Shown here: piece by piece, positions 59,718 through 64,000 of the stretch
Layout of the letters: the number at the start of each line of letters is the position of its first letter
Numbering within the stretch: position 1 is the first letter of the stretch
Assembly: GCA_963721545.1 (NCBI GenBank)
Contig: CAVRKB010000007.1
Coordinates: 388,851-452,850, forward strand
Source of the DNA: an uncultured Chloroflexia bacterium
Lineage (GTDB): Bacteria; Chloroflexota; Limnocylindria; Limnocylindrales; CSP1-4
DNA: 64,000 nucleotides
Reading direction: 5' to 3'
The notes under the pieces: generated by a model
What the model saw: only the letters and a program-made list of their open reading frames with translations
Told to the model about the DNA's origin: nothing
The model's database searches: none
Position numbers and translations under genes: made by a program

Positions 59718-59921
59718 TCAGAACGCCTTCTTGACCAGCATCAGGCCGACGATCACGACGACCACGCCTGCGAGGAGCGCCAGGGGCGGCATCGTCGACA
59801 AGGTCGTCACCGAGTCGTTGACGGCCTGGGCAAGGGCCGCGCCGACATCCATCGACTGGCCGCCGCCACCGCCCGTGGAGCGACCCGCGACCTCACCGAC
59901 GCCGTTGCCGTATTCGACCAT
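59718..59921 (-). CDS. Small tail-anchored membrane protein (67 aa), hypothetical
   Basis: ATG 59921: MVEYGNGVGEVAGRSTGGGGGQSMDVGAALAQAVNDSVTTLSTMPPLALLAGVVVVIVGLMLVKKAF. Strong G/C3 bias and a single C-terminal TM. It lies 98 nt upstream of rsbW on the same strand. Confidence 0.5.
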   Translation of the reverse strand: MVEYGNGVGEVAGRSTGGGGGQSMDVGAALAQAVNDSVTTLSTMPPLALLAGVVVVIVGLMLVKKAF

Positions 59922-60008
59922 GCGCGGATCATCGCACGGGGTGCAAGGGGGGTCCCGCCAACGACAATGGTTCAATGACACCGCCCCGCTGGCTTCTGGA
60001 GGAACGGC

Positions 60009-60438
60009 ATGGATTACAAGCTCGAACTGGTCGTCGTCCCCGTCACGGACGTTGACCGGGCCAAGGCGTTCTACAGCGAGCAGCTGGGCTTCGTCGTCGA
60101 CGTCGATCGACAGCCCCAGCGATGCATTTCGCGTCGTCCAGCTGACGCCACCCGGGTCGGCCTGCTCGATCTCGATCGGGAAGGGGTTGACGACGGCCGC
60201 CCCCGGCTCCCTGAAGGGCATGCAGCTGTGCGTCGCCGACATCGAGGCGGCGCATGCGGAGCTCTCGTCCCGGGGCCTGCCGATGAGCCCGATCCAGCAT
60301 CACGACGGCAGCGGAATGGTCGACGGCAAGGGTGACGACTGGAACTCGTTCATCTTCTTCGACGACCCGGATGGCAACAGCTGGGCGATCCAGGAGAGCC
60401 CGACCATGCGCGCGGCGGCCAGTCCAGGCGCCGGCTGA
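60009..60438 (+). CDS. VOC (glyoxalase/bleomycin-resistance/dioxygenase) family protein (one +1 break near 60110)
   Basis: ATG 60009 follows GGAGGA. MDYKLELVVVPVTDVDRAKAFYSEQLGFVVDVD is followed, in the next frame, by ...FRVVQLTPPGSACSISIG...MQLCVADIEAAHAEL...FIFFDDPDGNSWAIQE. Confidence 0.8.
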
Positions 60439-60545
60439 TGGTTGCTGACCTGCGTTGACGCGCTGCTCGCTGTCGCCCAGCCGACAGCCAGCGTGTAGCC
60501 CGCATGGCAGACCGATGCGTGCATCGGCTCTTAGCGTGAGCGCCT

Positions 60546-60594
60546 GGCGGTCCGACTGAGCCTCGTTCCCCCGGCGGCGTGACGTCGGACCGCC
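60546..60594 (+). terminator. 11-bp perfect inverted repeat (GGCGGTCCGAC / GTCGGACCGCC) followed by GGTTTCC
   Basis: Read directly, with a 27-nt loop. It lies downstream of the VOC gene and upstream of the aac(2') promoter-like box, so it is most simply the VOC terminator. Confidence 0.35.
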
Positions 60595-60642
60595 GGTTTC
60601 CTCGTCCCGCGACCGGTCGAGGACGGGTCCCGTGCGGCGCGC

Positions 60643-60648
60643 CACAAT
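60643..60648 (+). promoter_or_regulatory. -10-like hexamer CACAAT; aac(2') appears leaderless
   Basis: The hexamer ends 7 nt before GTG 60655 and there is no SD. Same CACAAT class as 49890 and 62541. Confidence 0.4.
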
Positions 60649-60654
60649 GCCGGC

Positions 60655-61230
60655 GTGGACGAGCATCGATCACTCCCCGACGCGATCCGGCTTCGTCGGC
60701 TGTCCACGCCCGAGCTGTCGCCCGAGGCGACCGTCGCGATCCGCGCGATGCTCGACGCGGCGTTCGGGAACGACGAGGAGGAACGGTTCACCGACCACGA
60801 CTGGGAGCATGCGATCGGCGGGCTCCACGTCGTGCTCGACATCGACGGCACGATCGTCAGCCATGCCTCGGTCGTCGAGCGCATCCTCGAGGTCGACGGC
60901 CGGCCGCTGCGAACCGGCTATGTCGAGGCGGTCGCCACGGCGCCGGCCGAACAGGCTCGCGGGTACGGGACGCTCGTCATGCGCGAGATCACCGCGGACA
61001 TCCATGCGCGGTTCGAGCTCGGCGGCCTTGGCACCGGCAGCCAGCACTTCTACGAGCGGCTCGGCTGGCGAACGTGGCGCGGTCCGTCGAGCGTCCGGAC
61101 CCCGGACGGAGACCACCGCACGCCCGACGACGATGGCTACATCATGGTCCTGCGGACCCCGTCGACGCCGGCCGGCCTCGACGAGACCACCCCGATCAGC
61201 TGCGACTGGCGTCCCGGCGACGTCTGGTGA
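60655..61230 (+). CDS. aac(2'): Aminoglycoside 2'-N-acetyltransferase, AAC(2')-I family (GNAT)
   Basis: 191 aa. It aligns by eye along its whole length with mycobacterial AAC(2')-Ic as I remember it: ...DWEHAIGGLHVV..., GYVEAVAT, RTPDDDGYIMVL and the C-terminal CDWRPGDVW. Confidence 0.85.
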   Translation: MDEHRSLPDAIRLRRLSTPELSPEATVAIRAMLDAAFGNDEEERFTDHDWEHAIGGLHVVLDIDGTIVSHASVVERILEVDGRPLRTGYVEAVATAPAEQARGYGTLVMREITADIHARFELGGLGTGSQHFYERLGWRTWRGPSSVRTPDGDHRTPDDDGYIMVLRTPSTPAGLDETTPISCDWRPGDVW

Positions 61231-62427
61231 GCGGCCGGCGGCCTCACGCCCTGCCCGACGGCCGCCCAGCGCACCGGCAGCGAGCGCGGCTTGCGGAAGA
61301 TGACCCCGCTCGGCGGCGTGGCGGCCGGGTCGAGCCTGAGCTCCGGCCATGCGTCGAGCGCTGCATCGAGCGCAGCGCGGGTCTCGAGCCGGGCCAGGTG
61401 CAGCCCGATGCAGGCGTGCGGACCCTGGGCAAACGTCACGTGCGATGTCGCATCCGGGCGCCCGAGGTCGAAGCGGTCCGGGTCGCCGAACGTGGCGGGA
61501 TCGCGGTTGGCCGCCGTCAACGACACGATCACGAGGTCGCCGCGCCGGATCTCGGCGTCGCCCAGCGCCACGTCGTCGGTGGCGTAGCGGTCCACGCGGG
61601 CGGCCGCCGGTTCGAGGCGGAGCGACTCCTCGATGGCGTTCGCGGCGAGCGAGCGGTCGGCTCGCAACGCGGCGAGCTGGTCGGGGTTGCTGAGCAGGTG
61701 CCAGAACAGGCTGGTCGTCATCCCCTCGCTGGTCTCGATCCCGCCGAACATCATCACCGCGGCGTTCGACACGACCTCGGCCGAGGCCAGGCTGGCAGTC
61801 GCCCCGGCAAGCATCCCGCTGCCCCGGTCGAGCGAGCCCGCGACGTGGCCCGCCAGGGCAGCGACCGCGGCCTCGGCGGCCGGACCGACGGAACCGCCCG
61901 TGGACACTCGATCGACCGCGGCCACGATCTCGTCATACCAGCCCAGGACGACCGCGGGGTCCGTGTCGCCGAGCTCGAGGGCGAGGGCGACCACCGCGAC
62001 GGCCAGCGGTCCCGCGAGGTCGCGTCGGATCTCGGCCTGCCCGGCCGGTGTCAATGCCGCGACCATTCGGCGCGCGGCGGCGTCCACCGAGGCCGCGTAG
62101 GCGGCCGTCGACCTCCGGCCGGCGGTACGCGGCGGCGAACGGGTCGCGATGCCGCCGGTGCTCGGCGCCGTCGAGCGAGAGCATGCTCGGCCCGACCACC
62201 TGGGCCGTCGAAAAGCGCGGGTCGTCAACCGTGAACCGGTCTGCGTCGCGCATGACCGCGATGCACAGGTCGCGGCGGGTCACGAGCCAGCCGTCGAGGG
62301 CGGGGACCCACGACACCGGCTCGTGCTCGCGAAGGCGGGCGAGCGGCTCGTACGGATCGGCGTCGAGCTGGGCGAGGGTCAGCGCGGCGCCAAGCGGGTA
62401 GTGAGGGGAAGGGGCGGTTCCGGTCAA
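61137..62427 (-). CDS. Cytochrome P450 (one frame break near 62105; 3' end uncertain)
   Basis: TTG 62427 follows GGAGG. EESLRLEP (ExxR), heme loop FAQGPHACIGLHLAR, and C-terminal ...SLPVRW. As sequenced the frame runs on to 61137, overlapping aac(2') by 94 nt. A TGA at 61244 in a neighbouring frame would give a more normal end. Confidence 0.85.
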
Positions 62428-62537
62428 TCGGCCTCCGGTCGGGCGGGGTTTCGGGGCCAGTATCGGCGCGGCGGCGGGACGCGGTCCAGCGCGACCCGAG
62501 GCCGCGGGCCGACGCCTCGGGACCGGCCTGGCGCCGG

Positions 62538-62546
62538 TGTCACAAT
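62538..62546 (+). promoter_or_regulatory. Extended -10-like box TGTCACAAT; pip appears leaderless
   Basis: The box ends 7 nt before ATG 62553 and there is no SD. Confidence 0.45.
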
Positions 62547-62552
62547 GCCCCG

Positions 62553-63812
62553 ATGAGCGAGATCACCACCCCGGTCGCGTCGCCGCCGCTCACGTACCAC
62601 GTCCCGGGAGCCGTCCTGACCGAGCGCGAACACGTCGTCCCGCTCGACCACGGCGATCCCGGCGGATCGACGATCACGGTCTTCAGCCGCGAGGTCGCGG
62701 CGCCGGACGGGCTCGACCGGCCGTACCTCCTGTTCCTGCAGGGCGGCCCCGGGTTCGAGGCCGCCCGGCCGACGAGCCCGCCGATCGGCTGGCTCAAGCG
62801 AGCCGTCCTCGACTACCGCGTGATCCTGCTCGACCAGCGCGGCACCGGCCGATCGACGCCGGTCGGCTCGGTCATCCCGGGCGACGGGCCGGCCGAGCAG
62901 GCGGCGTACATGACCCATTTCCGCGCCGACTCGATCGTGCGCGACGCGGAGCTGATCCGCGCCGAGCTCGGCGTCGACCGCTGGAGCGTGCTCGGCCAGA
63001 GCTTCGGCGGCTTCACCACGATGACCTACCTGTCGATCGCTCCGGACGGGCTTCGCGAGGCGTACATCACCGGTGGCCTGTCGCCGATCGGCCGGCACGT
63101 CGACGACGTGTACGGCGCGACGTACCGGCGGGTGATCGACGCCAACCGGCGCTACTTCGAGCGCTATCCCGACGACCGGGCACGGGTCCGCGACATCCTG
63201 CGCCGCCTCGAGGCGGACGAGGTCCTGCTGCCGAGCGGCGAACGATTGACCGGCCGTCGCTTCCGGCAGCTCGGCCTGTGGCTCGGCGACAGCGCGGGGT
63301 TCGAGCTGCTCCACCACGTGATCGAGCTGCCGTTCGGCTCGCCGGCGTTCCTGCACGACGTCGCCGGCGGCGTCCGCTTCAACCGCAATCCGATCTACGC
63401 GACCCTCCACGAGTCGTCGTACGCCGACGGCGTGGCGACCCGCTGGTCGGCGCAGCGGCTGCTGCCCGACGAGGTCGAAGCCGAGGGCCTGTTCACCGCG
63501 GAGCACGTCTTCCCGTGGATGTGGCAGGACTACGCCGGGCTGCGGCCGCAGCAGGCCGCCGCCGAGCTCCTCGCGGAGCATCCGTGGCCGGCCCTGTTCG
63601 ACGCCGACCGGCTGCGCCGGAACGAGGTCCCCGTCGCGGCCACGATCTACGTCAACGACCTGTTCGTCGACCGCGACTTCGCCGAGGAGACCGCCTCGAC
63701 CATCGGCCGCCTCCGGACGTGGCAGACCGACGAGTACGAGCACAACGGCCTGCGGGCCGACGGGGAGCGAGTCCTGGGACGGCTGATCGACCTGATGCGT
63801 GGGCGGGCCTGA
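62553..63812 (+). CDS. Alpha/beta hydrolase, proline iminopeptidase (S33) family
   Basis: Intact 419-aa ORF: ...YLLFLQGGPGFE..., LLDQRGTGRSTP and nucleophile elbow VLGQSFGGFTT. Confidence 0.8.
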   Translation: MSEITTPVASPPLTYHVPGAVLTEREHVVPLDHGDPGGSTITVFSREVAAPDGLDRPYLLFLQGGPGFEAARPTSPPIGWLKRAVLDYRVILLDQRGTGRSTPVGSVIPGDGPAEQAAYMTHFRADSIVRDAELIRAELGVDRWSVLGQSFGGFTTMTYLSIAPDGLREAYITGGLSPIGRHVDDVYGATYRRVIDANRRYFERYPDDRARVRDILRRLEADEVLLPSGERLTGRRFRQLGLWLGDSAGFELLHHVIELPFGSPAFLHDVAGGVRFNRNPIYATLHESSYADGVATRWSAQRLLPDEVEAEGLFTAEHVFPWMWQDYAGLRPQQAAAELLAEHPWPALFDADRLRRNEVPVAATIYVNDLFVDRDFAEETASTIGRLRTWQTDEYEHNGLRADGERVLGRLIDLMRGRA

Positions 63813-63848
63813 CCGGGTGTCCGATTGGCGATCGCCGCCGGCCCGTCG

Positions 63849-63854
63849 CATACT
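63849..63854 (+). promoter_or_regulatory. -10-like hexamer CATACT; the downstream ORF appears leaderless
   Basis: The hexamer ends 7 nt before ATG 63861. Confidence 0.3.
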
Positions 63855-63860
63855 CAGGCC

Positions 63861-64000
63861 ATGGCTTCCTACACGGTCAACGAGCGCGCCGTGGCCCGCG
63901 CTCGCCGGCTCATCGATGCCCGCCAGTACGTGCTCGCCAGCGACTGGGGCGAGGCGCAGCCACGCGCCGAGGACGAGAACGCCTACCTCGAAGCGCCACT
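63861..64000 (+). CDS. 5' end of a hypothetical protein gene (partial, runs off the window end)
   Basis: ATG 63861: MASYTVNERAVARARRLIDARQYVLASDWGEAQPRAEDENAYLEAP.., with G/C3-biased codons. Family not recognised. Confidence 0.4.
   Translation, partial: MASYTVNERAVARARRLIDARQYVLASDWGEAQPRAEDENAYLEAP

Noticed and set aside
60440-60655. A structured RNA leader (aminoglycoside-responsive riboswitch idea) upstream of aac(2').
   Set aside because: The strong hairpin (60546-60594) lies upstream of the promoter-like hexamer, and the gene appears leaderless. The hairpin would therefore not be part of the aac(2') transcript and is more simply the terminator of the VOC gene.

Overview
Very GC-rich bacterial chromosomal segment (about 70% G+C by eye; third codon positions are almost always G/C). 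Gene content and order look Actinomycetota-like, but the lineage is inference only.

Layout:
- 1-23.5 kb: the conserved translation and ribosome-biogenesis backbone. It runs rpsP-KH-rimM-trmD-rplS, rnhB-yraN, rpsB-tsf-pyrH-frr-uppS-cdsA-dxr-rseP-ispG, nusA-ylxR-infB-rbfA-nrnA-truB-ribF, rpsO-pnp.
- 23.6-37.5 kb: a NitT/TauT-type ABC importer, an Rrf2 regulator, then a gap-free co-directional string asd-udg-rnj-ftsK-rodZ-like-cinA-murC-SnoaL, followed by yajQ.
- 37.5-64 kb: mostly accessory genes. These are a TPP enzyme, DUF952, a methyltransferase, pirin, a nitroreductase-like protein, hydrolases, an M1 peptidase, a cupredoxin, two AlkZ/YcaQ-like glycosylases, a rhodanese, a beta-lactamase-fold hydrolase, a GH25 muramidase, a DRG-like GTPase, an RsbW-RsbV-RsbU partner-switching operon, a VOC protein, aac(2')-I, a P450 and a proline iminopeptidase.

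I found no rRNA, tRNA, CRISPR array, transposase, integrase or recognisable defence system.

Main observations:
1. pnp encodes a PNPase with a complete DEDDh (DnaQ/RNase T-type) exonuclease domain inserted in its inter-PH helical linker. I do not know this architecture as described.
2. A Cys-rich 24-codon leader ORF with mutually exclusive antiterminator and terminator pairings sits upstream of a triple-rhodanese gene.
3. A textbook intrinsic terminator lies between a promoter-like box and the nusA start codon.
4. The sequence carries roughly 50-60 reading-frame breaks by hand count. Most are +1, they are clustered, and they hit essential genes (pyrH, uppS, cdsA, infB, asd, ftsK, murC). Insertion-type assembly errors are therefore the most likely explanation. 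Affected genes are reported as reconstructed spans with approximate break positions.

Everything here comes from reading the ORF track and the nucleotide sequence by eye. No searches, folding or statistics were run.
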